Shown here in pieces: positions 45,994 to 56,683 of a DNA stretch of 64,000 nucleotides; within the stretch, counting starts at the first letter, position 1; every line of letters starts with the position of its first letter. The notes beneath the pieces are model-generated. The model was not told the DNA's origin, searched no databases, and saw only the letters and a list, made by a program, of their open reading frames with translations. Source of the DNA: an uncultured Phycisphaerales bacterium (GTDB lineage: Bacteria; Planctomycetota; Phycisphaerae; Tepidisphaerales; Tepidisphaeraceae). The translations under genes were made by a program, and so were the position numbers. The stretch lies in the NCBI GenBank assembly GCA_963755915.1, contig CAVWLP010000002.1, forward strand, positions 4,944,363 through 5,008,362. The letters are read 5' to 3'.

Positions 45994-47642
45994 ATGATTT
46001 CTAACAGAGTTTGGTGTAGTAAGTACATAATAGTTCTTATCTTGGCCATCGGTGCATTGTATTTTTTGAAAACTAATAGCATGCAACTGCCTGCTCCGAC
46101 CGGTAAATATAAAGCCGGCATTACCACATATCATCTAATAGATACCAAAAGAAAAGAAGAAAGCTCACCAAATCGCAAAGATCTTCGAGAGTTAATGGTC
46201 TATGTTTGGTATCCAGTCGATGAGCATGCTAAAGGAAAACTATACCCTTATTTACGTGATGTCCTACCATACGTAAAAAAAGATTTAAGCATGGGGTATG
46301 ATATAGGTGAAAAGAAATTAAACGAACTTGATAAAATGGAAACGCATAGCATATATAATGCTCAAGTTTCTAAAGCTCAAGCCAAGTATCCAGTCATTTT
46401 CTTTTTACCAGGCGGCTGGCAGATAGTCAGAAGCTATACAACACTCTTGGAAGATTTGGCAAGCCATGGATATATTGTCGTCGGCATTGATAATACCTAC
46501 GAAAATTTAGTTACAATCTTTTCCAATGGTAAAGTAATCGATGCTGATACGGTAAGAAAAAAATACACTGACAAAGAACTCGCTGAAGAGCGTAAAAAGC
46601 GCAGTGAAAAAGAACCAGATCTTGAGGTGCGCGATGCGCGATTTGTTTTGGATGAATTAGAACGGCTCAATGCTTACGATCCGCAGGGAATATTAACTGC
46701 CAAATGTGATATGAATCACGTCGGCATATGCGGCCATTCATATGGGTGGCTATAATGCTTTCGAGGGCTTGCAAAGCCGATAATAGGTTTAAAGCTGGTA
46801 TGGACATTGATGGTTTAGTTTGGAAATCATATCATAGTAAAGATTTGAACACACCATTCATGATTTTTAAGGCCTATGGATTATACCCGACAGATGAGCA
46901 ACTCGCACAATATAAATCAACAAGACTCGATGATGATTTACAAAGAGCGCGAACGCTTATTGCCGATCATGCGGTATTCAACAATACCTTGAATGATGCT
47001 TATTTGGCTTTTGTCAAAGGTATGGAGCATTTTAGTTTAAGTGATAAACAATTGCTGGTGCAGGCGCACAGTGTAAGCGCAATACCGCCATTAAAGGGCA
47101 TGGCAATTACTCGCGCTGTTGTCTTAAGTTTCTTCGATGTGTATCTTAAAAAAACGGTTGGGCCACAACTAATCATTGATACCATTAAGCGATATCCCGA
47201 AATATGCTTGGAGGCAAAAATAAATAACAAGATAGAAATAATTGTTCCTGCCCCTACTCAAGCTAAAGCAAAAAAAGAAGCCTCAGATAAAAAAGAGAAA
47301 AGTGAAAATGAATCGGTCAGCGCATTACACAATGCGGTCCAAGATCCCTTGAATTATGAGGCAATTTTTGATGCTTCAGTCCATGAATTTTGGAAATTTA
47401 ATCAGCAGATGGCGCCTTATGATATGCCACTATGGGGCAAAAACCTACAAGAATACGATAAGTCCAAAGAAGCATTAACTGCTGCCAAACCTAATTCCCC
47501 CGAATATAAAAAAGCGCTATCTACATTGGACAGTGTAATCGCTGAATTAAAAAGATTAGTTAATGCATGGTTAGATGAACGCAAATTATATAATTTAGTC
47601 GATATCTTGCGTAGGCAATCGCAAGAAGAGCCAAAGAAATAA
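45994..47642 (+). CDS. alpha/beta hydrolase (PAF-acetylhydrolase/chlorophyllase-like) with extra C-terminal helical domain; frameshift near 46748
   Basis: LPAPTGKY..G, RELMVYVWYP, LASHGYIVVGID, GHSYG nucleophile, DIDG, GMEHFSLSD. Confidence 0.82.
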
Positions 47643-47658
47643 AGTTAGAGGAGAAATT

Positions 47659-47844
47659 ATGATCGTATACGCCGAATATAGTTATTTTGTTGGTTGGGGA
47701 ACATTATCTTTGCTCAATGCATCAATTGCACAGCTGCAAGGCCGTTCAACCATCTTGTGGTTTTTCCTTTCGTTACTTCTTGGCCCGCTCGCAACATTCC
47801 TTCTTCTGATTACGTATAATAAGCCAGCTTCTCAAAAGATATAA
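47659..47844 (+). CDS. small two-TM membrane protein
   Basis: GAGGAG RBS; 'GWGTLSLLNASIAQ..GRS..WF.LSLLLGPLAT'. Confidence 0.75.
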   Translation: MIVYAEYSYFVGWGTLSLLNASIAQLQGRSTILWFFLSLLLGPLATFLLLITYNKPASQKI

Positions 47845-47859
47845 AGGGAGGTCTTTGGT

Positions 47860-48720
47860 ATGTTGCAAGCAAAGCACAAGAAGATTATCAAATATCTGGC
47901 TGCCTGTGTCATTATTGCTTTCAGCTTCTGGCTGTTCAGAGAATCAACCCAGCAAATCACGGCAATTTCTTCATTTAATGAAGTTAGTTTTGATGCAATA
48001 GAAGAAAATACCTTGGTAGTTTTTGATGCCGATGAAACACTCATACAGCCAGTAGATAGTTATTATATCAATGAGCATACCCCCCAAGGCCGAAAGTTTA
48101 AAAAGAGTTTCTTTATGAAGCATCCGGAGATTGAAGACTGGAATAAGTATGCTGATATTGCCTTACAAGAAGAGCAACGGCCGCTGATTGAGCCCATGAT
48201 TATTCAGAAAATTGAAGAGTTACAACAAAGAGGCATTCCCGTAATTGTTTGTTCGGCTATAAATACGGGCAACCATGGCAGCATACAAAGGCTTGAACAA
48301 TGGCGTTACGAACATTTAAAATCGCTCGGATTTCAAGGGACTTTTGGGGACTTAATAATAGATTTTCCGCCAATAAACAATCATCATCCTGTATTCTATA
48401 AAGGCATTTTGGCAACTGATACACTCAATAAAGGGCCAATAATCGGGCAGTTTCTCGATACCATTCATCTATCGCCTAAAAAAATTATTATGTTTGATGA
48501 TACAAAAGAATATTTAGAATCAGTGCAACAAGAGTGCAAAAAAAGAAACATTGCTTTTCAGGGCTACTTATATCAAGGCGCTAAAACAAAGCCCTGGGAT
48601 GAGGAGCTGATCCAATTCCAAACCGAGTATTTGATTAATCATGATCGATGGTTGAGCGATGAGCAAACAAATGCTATGCGCTCACATACAAAGCAGTCAG
48701 CTTTTTCAACTAATCCATAA
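47860..48720 (+). CDS. DUF2608-like HAD-superfamily protein
   Basis: LVVFDADETL (motif I), KGIL....NKG, KKIIMFDD; N-terminal TM. Confidence 0.75.
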   Translation: MLQAKHKKIIKYLAACVIIAFSFWLFRESTQQITAISSFNEVSFDAIEENTLVVFDADETLIQPVDSYYINEHTPQGRKFKKSFFMKHPEIEDWNKYADIALQEEQRPLIEPMIIQKIEELQQRGIPVIVCSAINTGNHGSIQRLEQWRYEHLKSLGFQGTFGDLIIDFPPINNHHPVFYKGILATDTLNKGPIIGQFLDTIHLSPKKIIMFDDTKEYLESVQQECKKRNIAFQGYLYQGAKTKPWDEELIQFQTEYLINHDRWLSDEQTNAMRSHTKQSAFSTNP

Positions 48721-48739
48721 ACCCTGTAAGCTATTTTTA

Positions 48740-48821
48740 TTGTGGTTTTTCCTCTCGCTACTTCTGGGCTTGCTCGCAATATTGTTTCTTCTGATCAGGT
48801 ATAATAAGCCAGCTTCTCAAA
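48740..48821 (+). pseudogene. partial duplicate of the 3' half of the 47659 gene
   Basis: 82-bp ungapped match to 47755-47836 with 10 mismatches counted by eye. Confidence 0.8.
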
Positions 48822-48928
48822 GACAGCAATAAGACATATTTTTGTTGCTAATGCGCTTCCCTTTGGATATAATTTTCTAGCTATTTTTGATTATATTTTT
48901 TTTAAAACACCACGTTCGGGAGCGCCTT

Positions 48929-50905
48929 ATGAAAAACTTTTTTGCATTGTTAGTAATCACTAGTTTCAGTTGTTCTCATCTCCATGCATCCCAATCAACA
49001 GAAGGCCAATCAAAAGCTATTGATTCTCAGTGGCAGGTGGTGGGCATGCAAGGAAAGGTGCTGCGTAATACTAAAAAAATATGGCAAAGAGGTGTGAATA
49101 AAGTAATAGGGGATGTTGTTCGACTAAAAAAAATAAAAAGATTAAAAAAAGAATTGCTCAGGGCAACCGTTATTGCTCATAAATTTAAACAATGTCTCAC
49201 AACATCAGGATTGGCCGAAGAAGAGTATAGGCAAGCTCAGGCTAAAGTTCGATCGGCTAAAGAATCTGAGATTAGAACAGCTCATCATAAATTCAGAGCA
49301 TATAAAACAACCATGGTAAGCCAACTTTCGGGGCTGCAGCAAGAACGAGAACGATTAGAAGATGAATATTGTGCACTCACCCAACGAGCGCAAATACAGC
49401 AGCTCACCAATCAAAAAATTGAGCTAGACAACCAACGCCTTCAAGAATCATTAGAGCAAGAACATGCCAGCAGGTTCACCAGTGAGCAACACCTTGTTGA
49501 GCAATTAAAATCTATGCAATCTGCACACAAAGATGCACTGCTCAACCACCAGGCAACAACCAAAGAACTGGATACCGTTAAGGGTTCTATTCAACAACTT
49601 CACCAGCAATTGCAAACGGCTCAAGCAGCTAAATCTTCATGCGAAAATGATTTAAGATCACAGTTGAATTCTGCTCAAACAGCACATACCGCCGCGATTA
49701 AAGATAATCAAGCAACATTACTCGATTTAAATGCGGTGCGGGCAACCGTTGCTCAATTGCAACAGGAACTCAAGCAGGTACAAGGTCGATTACAAACGGT
49801 ATCAACTGAACATCAAGAATCACAAGGTATGGCGCTTAAACTCACTGATGCTTTAAATCTAACGCATGCTAAAGCAGCAGCTCTCAATGCTGAGCATAGT
49901 CAACTGCAACAACAGTTGAAAGGGCAGACGCAAGTAACCCAAAAAGTACAAGCTGATTATCAAGGATTGCAAACCCAACTGACGGCAGCACAAACGGCAC
50001 AAGCTACTGCAGCACAAAATCATCAAACAACACTGACTCAACTGAATACGGTTAAAGCTAGTGCTCAATTGCTTGAATATCAAATACAACAAACTCTGGC
50101 TTCGAAGGCCACTGCTGAGCAACAACTTCAAGCTCAGTTAATTGCAGCGCAAACAGCAAATAACAATGCTGCTCAAAATCATCAAACGGCTTTGGCAGCA
50201 AAAGGGACTGCCGAGCAGCAATTGAGAACACAGCTTACGGCTGCCCAAACGGCACAAGCTGCCGCAGCACAAAACCATCAAACGGCGGTAAACGATTTAA
50301 ATACTGCGAAGGCTGCGGTTCAAACACTCCAAGGACAGTTACAACAAACTCAGGCGGCTAAAACTACATCAGAACAACAACTGAGAACGCAACTTACTAC
50401 GGCTCAAGCGGCACATACAACCGCTACTCAGAATTATCAAACAACATTGGCAGCAAAAGATGCTGCATTAAATAAGATGTATGCAATCGAATTAAATGTA
50501 CGAGCTCAAGAAAAACAACTGCGCGATCAACTTGCAGTATCCCAAGCAGCACAAGTTAACGCGGTAAATAACTATCAAACCACGTTAGTAGCTAAAGATT
50601 CTGCAATAGCCAGACTGACTGCTGTACAAGAAAGCTTACTTGCTCAACTTGCTACTGCTCAAGCAACAATTATAAATGTGCAAACTAAGGCTCAAAAGTT
50701 TAGAGCTTCATTTATAACCCATTATGATCACTATTATAGAAACTATGGCAATACTGCAGGTTTTGCATTAGGATATATTCCGAAGGCAATTGTTCACACG
50801 TTGCACAAAATCATGCATGGATTACCGGTAAAATCACCAGTGAAACCAACTCAATTGAATGATGGAAATAATGCACAAGCTTTCTTAATACAGACTGTAG
50901 CATAG
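48929..50905 (+). CDS. secreted Q/A/T-rich coiled-coil repeat protein
   Basis: Signal-like [21 protein letters not shown]; repeated L.xQL..AQ.A......N(H/Y)Q.. units. Confidence 0.75.
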   Translation: MKNFFALLVITSFSCSHLHASQSTEGQSKAIDSQWQVVGMQGKVLRNTKKIWQRGVNKVIGDVVRLKKIKRLKKELLRATVIAHKFKQCLTTSGLAEEEYRQAQAKVRSAKESEIRTAHHKFRAYKTTMVSQLSGLQQERERLEDEYCALTQRAQIQQLTNQKIELDNQRLQESLEQEHASRFTSEQHLVEQLKSMQSAHKDALLNHQATTKELDTVKGSIQQLHQQLQTAQAAKSSCENDLRSQLNSAQTAHTAAIKDNQATLLDLNAVRATVAQLQQELKQVQGRLQTVSTEHQESQGMALKLTDALNLTHAKAAALNAEHSQLQQQLKGQTQVTQKVQADYQGLQTQLTAAQTAQATAAQNHQTTLTQLNTVKASAQLLEYQIQQTLASKATAEQQLQAQLIAAQTANNNAAQNHQTALAAKGTAEQQLRTQLTAAQTAQAAAAQNHQTAVNDLNTAKAAVQTLQGQLQQTQAAKTTSEQQLRTQLTTAQAAHTTATQNYQTTLAAKDAALNKMYAIELNVRAQEKQLRDQLAVSQAAQVNAVNNYQTTLVAKDSAIARLTAVQESLLAQLATAQATIINVQTKAQKFRASFITHYDHYYRNYGNTAGFALGYIPKAIVHTLHKIMHGLPVKSPVKPTQLNDGNNAQAFLIQTVA

Positions 50906-50933
50906 AGGAATACTCAATGATAAAAAGATTACC

Positions 50934-51701
50934 GTGGTGGTCCTCGAACTGTTTGGGGCTCAGATAGCCGAGGGCTGAGTGGAGCCGGCGGCTGTTATAG
51001 ACTTGGTCGATGAAGCGCGGAAGGTTTTGGGTGACGTTGGCGAAGGTCTCGTAGGCCATGGGGTAGACAGCTTCGACCTTCAGCGTCTTCATGAAGCTCT
51101 CCGCTTTGGCGTTGTCGTATGGGTTGCCGCGCCGGCCCATCGAGCCGACGAGGCCATGCCTGTCGAGGGCCAGCCGATAGGCTTGCGCGGCATATTGCGA
51201 CCCGCGGTCCGAGTGATGAAGGCAGCCGGCCGGCGGCCTGCGGTCCTCGATTGCGGCGTTCAGAGCGGCGAGCGTCAGCCGGACATCGATGGATCGGCTG
51301 ATGGCGTAGCCGACAACGCGACGCGACCAGGCGTCGAGAATCACGGCGACATAAACGAAGCCCATGGCGACAGCGACGTAAGTGATGTCGGCGACCCAGA
51401 GCTGATTGGCGCCGTTGACGACCCTGTCCTTCGCCAGATTGCGGAAGATCGGATGGTCGTGGTCGCTGCTCGTCGTCGCCACATATCGCCGACGCATGCG
51501 TGGCTGGAGATCGTGTTCGCGCATGAGGCGCTTGACCTTCTTGTGATTGACCACGAGGCCTTGCTGGCGAAGGTGGGCCTGCATGCGTCGCCAACCGTAG
51601 CGTTCGAACTCGTCGCGGATCGCGCTCATCGCCTCGACGACGGCTGTGTCATCGGGCGCCCCTGTAGGCGCGTCATAGTAGGCCGAGCGTGAGGTCCCCA
51701 T
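50934..51701 (-). CDS. IS3 transposase OrfB
   Basis: [36 protein letters not shown]. The ORF-track tail to 50811 is read-through into the AT-rich segment. Confidence 0.9.
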
Positions 51702-52051
51702 CAGCCGGCATCCTTCGGCGACGGAGACTGTTTCGGGCCGGCAATTGCGGACGTAGGCCCGCTTCTCGCTGGCGGTGCGTTTCGCAGACCCCCCTTTAGA
51801 AACTCCAATTCCAGCGCTTGCTTGCCGACCAGCCGTTCGAGGGCCGCGATCCGCGCTTCGTATTGCTGAAGAAGGTCGGCCGCGGCAGCGTCCTCATCGA
51901 AGGCGCCGGCTTGGTATCGTTCGACCCAGACACGGATCAAATTGCGCGAGAGATCATGGCGCTTCTCCAAACCGTGGAGCGTTTCGCCAGCCAGAAACTC
52001 CTGCGCGATCTGGCGCTTAAATTCGATGCTGTGGGATCGATACCTGACCAT
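51701..52051 (-). CDS. IS3 transposase OrfA (HTH)
   Basis: [10 protein letters not shown]...[20 protein letters not shown]. Confidence 0.9.
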   Translation of the reverse strand: MVRYRSHSIEFKRQIAQEFLAGETLHGLEKRHDLSRNLIRVWVERYQAGAFDEDAAAADLLQQYEARIAALERLVGKQALELEFLKGGLRNAPPARSGPTSAIAGPKQSPSPKDAG

Positions 52052-52213
52052 GAGCTTTCGTCCTTCGAAAGCCCAGCCTGCCGGTCAAATGTTAAGTCCG
52101 CCCCTGTCCGCCCCCAGGGGCCCACTCCAGCGGCACGGGTTTTTCCGCCGAGAACTGACCCATGTTCGAACCTCGCCCCCTTGGCCTACACGGGGGGCAT
52201 CGGAGTGATCGAC

Positions 52214-53746
52214 ATGGAGTTATTGAGCGTCATCCGACGCTGGCACTACCGAGACCATTTCTCGATCCGAGAGATATCGCGGCGCACGGGGCTGTCGCGG
52301 AACACCGTCCGCAAATACCTGCGCTCGGACAGCGTCGAGCCGAAGTTTGACGTCCCAGATCGGCCGAGCAGGCTGGACCCATACGCCGACAAGCTGTCGC
52401 AGATGCTGCGGCAGGAGGCGGGGAAGTCGCGCAAGCAGAAGCGGACGACCAAGCAATTGCACGCCGATCTGGCCGCCCTCGGTTACGACGGCTCCTACAA
52501 TCGCGTGGCGGCCTTCGCTCGCGACTGGAAGGCCGCTCGGCAACAGGAACAGAAGACGTGCGGCCGCGGCGTGTTCGTGCCGCTTGCGTTTCTGCCGGGC
52601 GAGGCGTTCCAGTTCGACTGGTCGGAAGATTGGGCGATCATCGCCGGCGAGCGAACCAAATTGCAGGTCTCTCACTTCAAGCTCTCCTACAGCCGCGCCT
52701 TCATTCTCCGCGCCTATCCTCAGCAGACCCACGAGATGCTGTTCGACGCCCACAACCACGCCTTCCGCGTCTTGGGGGGCGTGCCGCGGCGGGGCATCTA
52801 CGACAATATGCGAACTGCCGTCGACAAGATCGGCCGCGGAAAGGAGCGCCAAGTCAACGCGCGTTTCTCAGCCATGGTCAGCCACTTCCTGTTCGAGGCG
52901 GAGTTCTGCAATCCGGCGTCCGGCTGGGAGAAGGGGCAGATCGAGAAGAACGTCCAGGACGCGCGCCACCGGCTTTGGCAGCCCATGCCGCACTTCCCCT
53001 CTCTAGACGCGCTGAACGACTGGCTGGAGACGCGATGCCGAGAGCTTTGGGCATTGACGCCGCACGGCTCACAAGCTGGCACGGTCGCCGATGCCTGGGC
53101 GGAAGAAGCGCAGCACTTGATGCCGCTTTCTAGGACGTTCGACGGCTTCGTCGAATACGCCAAGCGCGTGTCGCCGACGTGCCTGGTCCATCTGGACCGC
53201 AATCGCTACAGCGTGCCGGCGTCCTTCGCCAATCGTCCGGTTAGCGTACGAGTCTATCCCGAACGCATCGTTGTCGCCGCCGAAGGGCAGGTCATCTGCG
53301 AACACCGCCGCGTTTTTGCCCGCTCTCACCAACGAGAGAGTACGACGACCGTTTTCGATTGGCGGCACTATCTGGCGGTCATTCAGCGCAAACCGGGAGC
53401 CCTGCGTAACGGTGCGCCCTTCGCCGAACTGCCGCCTGCCTTCCGGGCCTTACAGCAGCGCATGCTCAAGACGCCGGGCGGTGACCGGGAGATGGTCGAG
53501 ATCCTGGCGCTCGTTCTGCAGCATGACGAACAGGCCGTGCTCGCCGCCGTCGAACTGGCGCTGGAGGCCGGCGTCCCGACGAAGACGCATATCCTGAACC
53601 TGCTGCACCGCTTGGTCGACGGGAAGCCAACGGACACGCCTCCGATAAAGGCGCCCCCGGCTTTGACTTTGACGAACGAACCGCAGGCTAACGTCGAACG
53701 TTACGACGCGCTGCGCAAAGCCCGGGAGGCGCGTCATGCGTCATAA
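52214..53746 (+). CDS. istA: IS21 transposase
   Basis: [36 protein letters not shown]. Confidence 0.93.
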   Translation: MELLSVIRRWHYRDHFSIREISRRTGLSRNTVRKYLRSDSVEPKFDVPDRPSRLDPYADKLSQMLRQEAGKSRKQKRTTKQLHADLAALGYDGSYNRVAAFARDWKAARQQEQKTCGRGVFVPLAFLPGEAFQFDWSEDWAIIAGERTKLQVSHFKLSYSRAFILRAYPQQTHEMLFDAHNHAFRVLGGVPRRGIYDNMRTAVDKIGRGKERQVNARFSAMVSHFLFEAEFCNPASGWEKGQIEKNVQDARHRLWQPMPHFPSLDALNDWLETRCRELWALTPHGSQAGTVADAWAEEAQHLMPLSRTFDGFVEYAKRVSPTCLVHLDRNRYSVPASFANRPVSVRVYPERIVVAAEGQVICEHRRVFARSHQRESTTTVFDWRHYLAVIQRKPGALRNGAPFAELPPAFRALQQRMLKTPGGDREMVEILALVLQHDEQAVLAAVELALEAGVPTKTHILNLLHRLVDGKPTDTPPIKAPPALTLTNEPQANVERYDALRKAREARHAS

Positions 53747-54530
53747 CCCTGCCGCCGGCGCCGTCGTCATCATGCTGCGCACCCTCAAAATGCACGGCAT
53801 GGCTCAGGCGGTCGGCGAGCTGACCGAGCAAGGCTCCCCGGCCTTCGAGGCGGCGCTGCCCATCCTATCGCAGCTCCTGAAGGCGGAGACGGCCGATAGG
53901 GAGGTGAGATCGACGGCCTATCAGCTCAAGGCCGCCCGCTTTCCGAACTATCGCGATCTTGCCGGCTTCGACTTCGCCAGCAGCGAGGTCAACGAGGCGC
54001 TCACACGTCAGCTTCATGGCTGCGAGTTCCTGGAGGATGCGCACAACGTCGTCCTGGTCGGCGGCCCCGGCACGGGCAAGACGCATCTCGCCATCGCGAT
54101 CGGCGTCCAGGCGATCGAGCACCATCGCAAGCGCGTCCAATTCTTCTCCACCGTTGAACTGGTCAACGCTCTTGAACAAGAGAAGCTTCAGGGCAAACCA
54201 GGACAGATCGCTGCCCGGCTCATCCACTCCGATCTCGTCGTCCTCGACGAGCTTGGCTATCTGCCGTTCAGCGCCTCCGGCGGCGCCTTGCTCTTCCATC
54301 TGCTAAGCAAGCTCTATGAGCGCGCCAGCGTCATCATCACCACCAATCTCAGCTTCGGCGAGTGGGCAACCGTGTTCGGCGACCCGAAGATGACGACCGC
54401 TCTACTCGATCGTCTCACCCATCGTTGCCACATCCTCGAAACCGGAAATGATAGCTTCCGCTTCAAGAACAGCTCGGCGAAAGCCGCCAAACCCGCAAAG
54501 GAGAAACCTCGAAACTTGACGAACGCCTGA
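53736..54530 (+). CDS. istB: IS21 helper AAA+ ATPase
   Basis: [28 protein letters not shown]. Confidence 0.95.
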   Translation: MRHNPAAGAVVIMLRTLKMHGMAQAVGELTEQGSPAFEAALPILSQLLKAETADREVRSTAYQLKAARFPNYRDLAGFDFASSEVNEALTRQLHGCEFLEDAHNVVLVGGPGTGKTHLAIAIGVQAIEHHRKRVQFFSTVELVNALEQEKLQGKPGQIAARLIHSDLVVLDELGYLPFSASGGALLFHLLSKLYERASVIITTNLSFGEWATVFGDPKMTTALLDRLTHRCHILETGNDSFRFKNSSAKAAKPAKEKPRNLTNA

Positions 54531-54601
54531 CCCCAAAACCATCATCAAGCCGGGTCAGTTCTCAATGGAAATCCCGGGTCACTTCTCAACGCAAATCGAC
54601 A

Positions 54602-54760
54602 GCGTCGGCTCGCGATCATCATGCACGCGATGCTCCGCGACGGGACGGAGTTCGTCTCCGATTAAGCGCAATCACGAGACAGGAGGCCGAATCTAGCTCC
54701 CATGAGGAGCGACGCCAGAGGGAGGGAGCAATCTGTTGCATCTCCGAACCGTCGCAGCTC
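54602..54760 (+). mobile_element. IS110-family remnant: transposase C-terminus plus part of the 3' non-coding region
   Basis: RRLAIIMHAMLRDGTEFVSD* (stop at 54665) matches the IS110 transposase C-terminal helix; it abuts the IS21 right end. Confidence 0.7.
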
Positions 54761-54794
54761 AGGACGCGATAGATCATAGTTCTTTAGCTGGGCG

Positions 54795-55844
54795 TCAGAC
54801 GCCGGCGTCGGCATTGATGCGCCCCTCGATCTTGGCGACCGACGCCAGAATGTCCGCGAACGTCGGCGGGTCGCCGAAGATCATCGCCCTGGTGTTGTCG
54901 TAGTCACGCCGGAGGGCGTCGATCATCGTGTCGTGGGGTGTCAGGGCGTAGGACCCCGGAACGGCCGACGCGAGATCATAATCGGGGCGATCGAAAAAAA
55001 TTCGGGCATGGGATACACAATCCTCGCCAAGCGAACGATCTGCCATCGCCTGCTCGCCGGGGTTCGACTTCGCCAAGCAATGCAGGTCATAATAGTGCCG
55101 CGAAATCCGCTGACCTTCTTGCCGCAGCACGCCGCGCCGATCATACCAGCGGCGCAGCCCATGCGCGATCACGACCTTGTCCCAGAAGGTGCGCGCTGCC
55201 TTGATAGTGATGACGTCAGGGACCGCCAGGTCCAGCCCGGGCAGGTCATCGGTGACATAGGGCCGGATGATCGCCGGTTCATTTGGATCGAGCGCCGACT
55301 TGGCTCCGGACTCGATCCGCACGACAGGTCGCACATAGGCGCCATCGCGGGGCTCGACTTCGGGATAATGGATGAGCAGGGTCTGGCCGTCTGGGTCCGC
55401 AGCATCGATTTCGATCCGCCCCGCGCCTGACGTCGCATCCGCAACCAACGCCGCGAGAGAGTCTCGGAGCGGGCCCGCGATATAGGCCCGGCACGCGTCC
55501 CGGATGGCGTCGAGTTTCGCGCGGCGCTTCTTGTTCGAAAGCGCCTTGAGCTCTGCGACGGACGCAGCCGCGTCGAGATCGTCGCGAAAAACGGTAACGT
55601 CGATATCTTCGGAGAAGCGTTCTATCAGACCGTAGGCCTTGGACAGTGACGTCCCGCCTTTGAAGGGCAGGCGCGGTTGGCCGTTGGGCAGTTGATGGTA
55701 GAGCGCGTCGAGCGTCCAGCAGACCCAGAAATCCTTCTCGATATTGCCGACCGGCGCGCCAAGCCGGTTGGCGGTGGTGAGAAAAGCGTCGAGACGATCG
55801 CCCGGCGATGCGGCGATCAGCGCCGCGTAGTCGGTCGCGCTCAT
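54795..55844 (-). CDS. AbiEii/AbiGii nucleotidyltransferase toxin (type IV TA)
   Basis: IEKDFWV, FKGGTSLSKAY..IERFSEDID, RTFWDK, SRHYYDL. Confidence 0.92.
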   Translation of the reverse strand: MSATDYAALIAASPGDRLDAFLTTANRLGAPVGNIEKDFWVCWTLDALYHQLPNGQPRLPFKGGTSLSKAYGLIERFSEDIDVTVFRDDLDAAASVAELKALSNKKRRAKLDAIRDACRAYIAGPLRDSLAALVADATSGAGRIEIDAADPDGQTLLIHYPEVEPRDGAYVRPVVRIESGAKSALDPNEPAIIRPYVTDDLPGLDLAVPDVITIKAARTFWDKVVIAHGLRRWYDRRGVLRQEGQRISRHYYDLHCLAKSNPGEQAMADRSLGEDCVSHARIFFDRPDYDLASAVPGSYALTPHDTMIDALRRDYDNTRAMIFGDPPTFADILASVAKIEGRINADAGV

Positions 55845-56503
55845 GAGGCGGTCTCTTTGCTCTCGAAGAGCAGCGGCCTCAAAAACTCCTGCATCCAGAT
55901 TGGCAACGCGCCGATCCCTTTGCGAAGATCGTCGCGGGTAGCCTGGCCGTGTTTGGGATCGGCGAAGACACGACGCAAGATCGACGCGATGCGATCGTGC
56001 TCGCCTTCCCGCGGCAGCATGTCCTGCAACCAGTAAAGCGCCTGGACGACGCGCATGCCCGGCCGGCCAGCCCAAGCCAGCTTGCTGACCGCTGCGTTTT
56101 TGAAACGGATTTCCTGATTACCAAGCTTGATCGACTTCAGGCGGGAATCGACGAGCACTTCGATCTTGGCGGGCACGGCAGTGGTCAGGCCGAGGTCGTT
56201 GGCGGCGGTCATGCCGTCGACGACGAAGCGGACATTGTCGCGGCGGGCGACCGCCTGAATCACGGCGCGGTAATTTGGGACGGTGGGTTTGCCGGTCAGT
56301 TTGTTGGAGCCGGGTCGATCATAGAGTCCGCGGTCGATACGGCGAAGGTCGCCGCGGAGCGCCAGGCGCTGCAGCGCCTTATCGACTGCCGCGCGACCGG
56401 CAAGATCGGCGAAATCCGCGGGCGTCCAAACAGCAGAGGAATCCTCGGCAATGCGCTGAAGGATTTGCCCCCGAAGATCGGCACCGTGCTCGACAGCGGT
56501 CAT
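55841..56503 (-). CDS. AbiEi-type antitoxin (DUF6088 family)
   Basis: wHTH 'VWTPADF...AVDKALQRL...RRIDRGLY'; AANDLGLTTAVP; ATGA overlap with the toxin. Confidence 0.9.
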   Translation of the reverse strand: MTAVEHGADLRGQILQRIAEDSSAVWTPADFADLAGRAAVDKALQRLALRGDLRRIDRGLYDRPGSNKLTGKPTVPNYRAVIQAVARRDNVRFVVDGMTAANDLGLTTAVPAKIEVLVDSRLKSIKLGNQEIRFKNAAVSKLAWAGRPGMRVVQALYWLQDMLPREGEHDRIASILRRVFADPKHGQATRDDLRKGIGALPIWMQEFLRPLLFESKETAS

Positions 56504-56573
56504 GTCCGAAATATGTAGCATATTTCGGACGGTTGCAGCTGATGTCCGAAATATGTAGCATTCTTCGGACATC
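56502..56573. promoter_or_regulatory. two tandem palindromic operators of the AbiE operon
   Basis: GTCCGAAATATG-TAG-CATATTTCGGAC (56504-56530) and a near-copy 40 bp further on (56541-56573). Confidence 0.8.
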
Positions 56574-56683
56574 GCGTCGTCACCCTGCCAGCTAATCGAA
56601 GAAAATCCGGACGAAGCCCAATGAGCTCTTGACGGCGAGCAATTCGCTCACCATGCTCACGTAACAAGAGTGAGGAGGATGAA

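Larger units (their letters stand above)
50934..52129 (-). mobile_element. IS3-family element, 3' end cut by the segment junction
   Basis: Starts TGGAGTGGGCCCC at 52129 (minus strand); orfA plus orfB with DDE integrase core. Confidence 0.85.
52131..54601 (+). mobile_element. IS21-family element (left end interrupted by IS3)
   Basis: Right end GGGTCAGTTCTC...GGGTCACTTCTC...AATCGACA; one matching GAGAACTGACCC repeat on the left; istA and istB. Confidence 0.9.

Noticed and set aside
45728-50933. Genomic island or prophage inserted in the host
   Set aside because: Genes are cut mid-frame at both ends, the two flanks appear to come from different organisms, and there are no att sites, integrase or phage genes.
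51818-52213. N-terminal extension of IstA in the ORF track
   Set aside because: It is read-through across the antisense strand of IS3 orfA; the true start is near 52205-52214.
56502-56573. Mini CRISPR array
   Set aside because: Only two units with a spacer of about 10 bp and no cas genes; the position fits operators.
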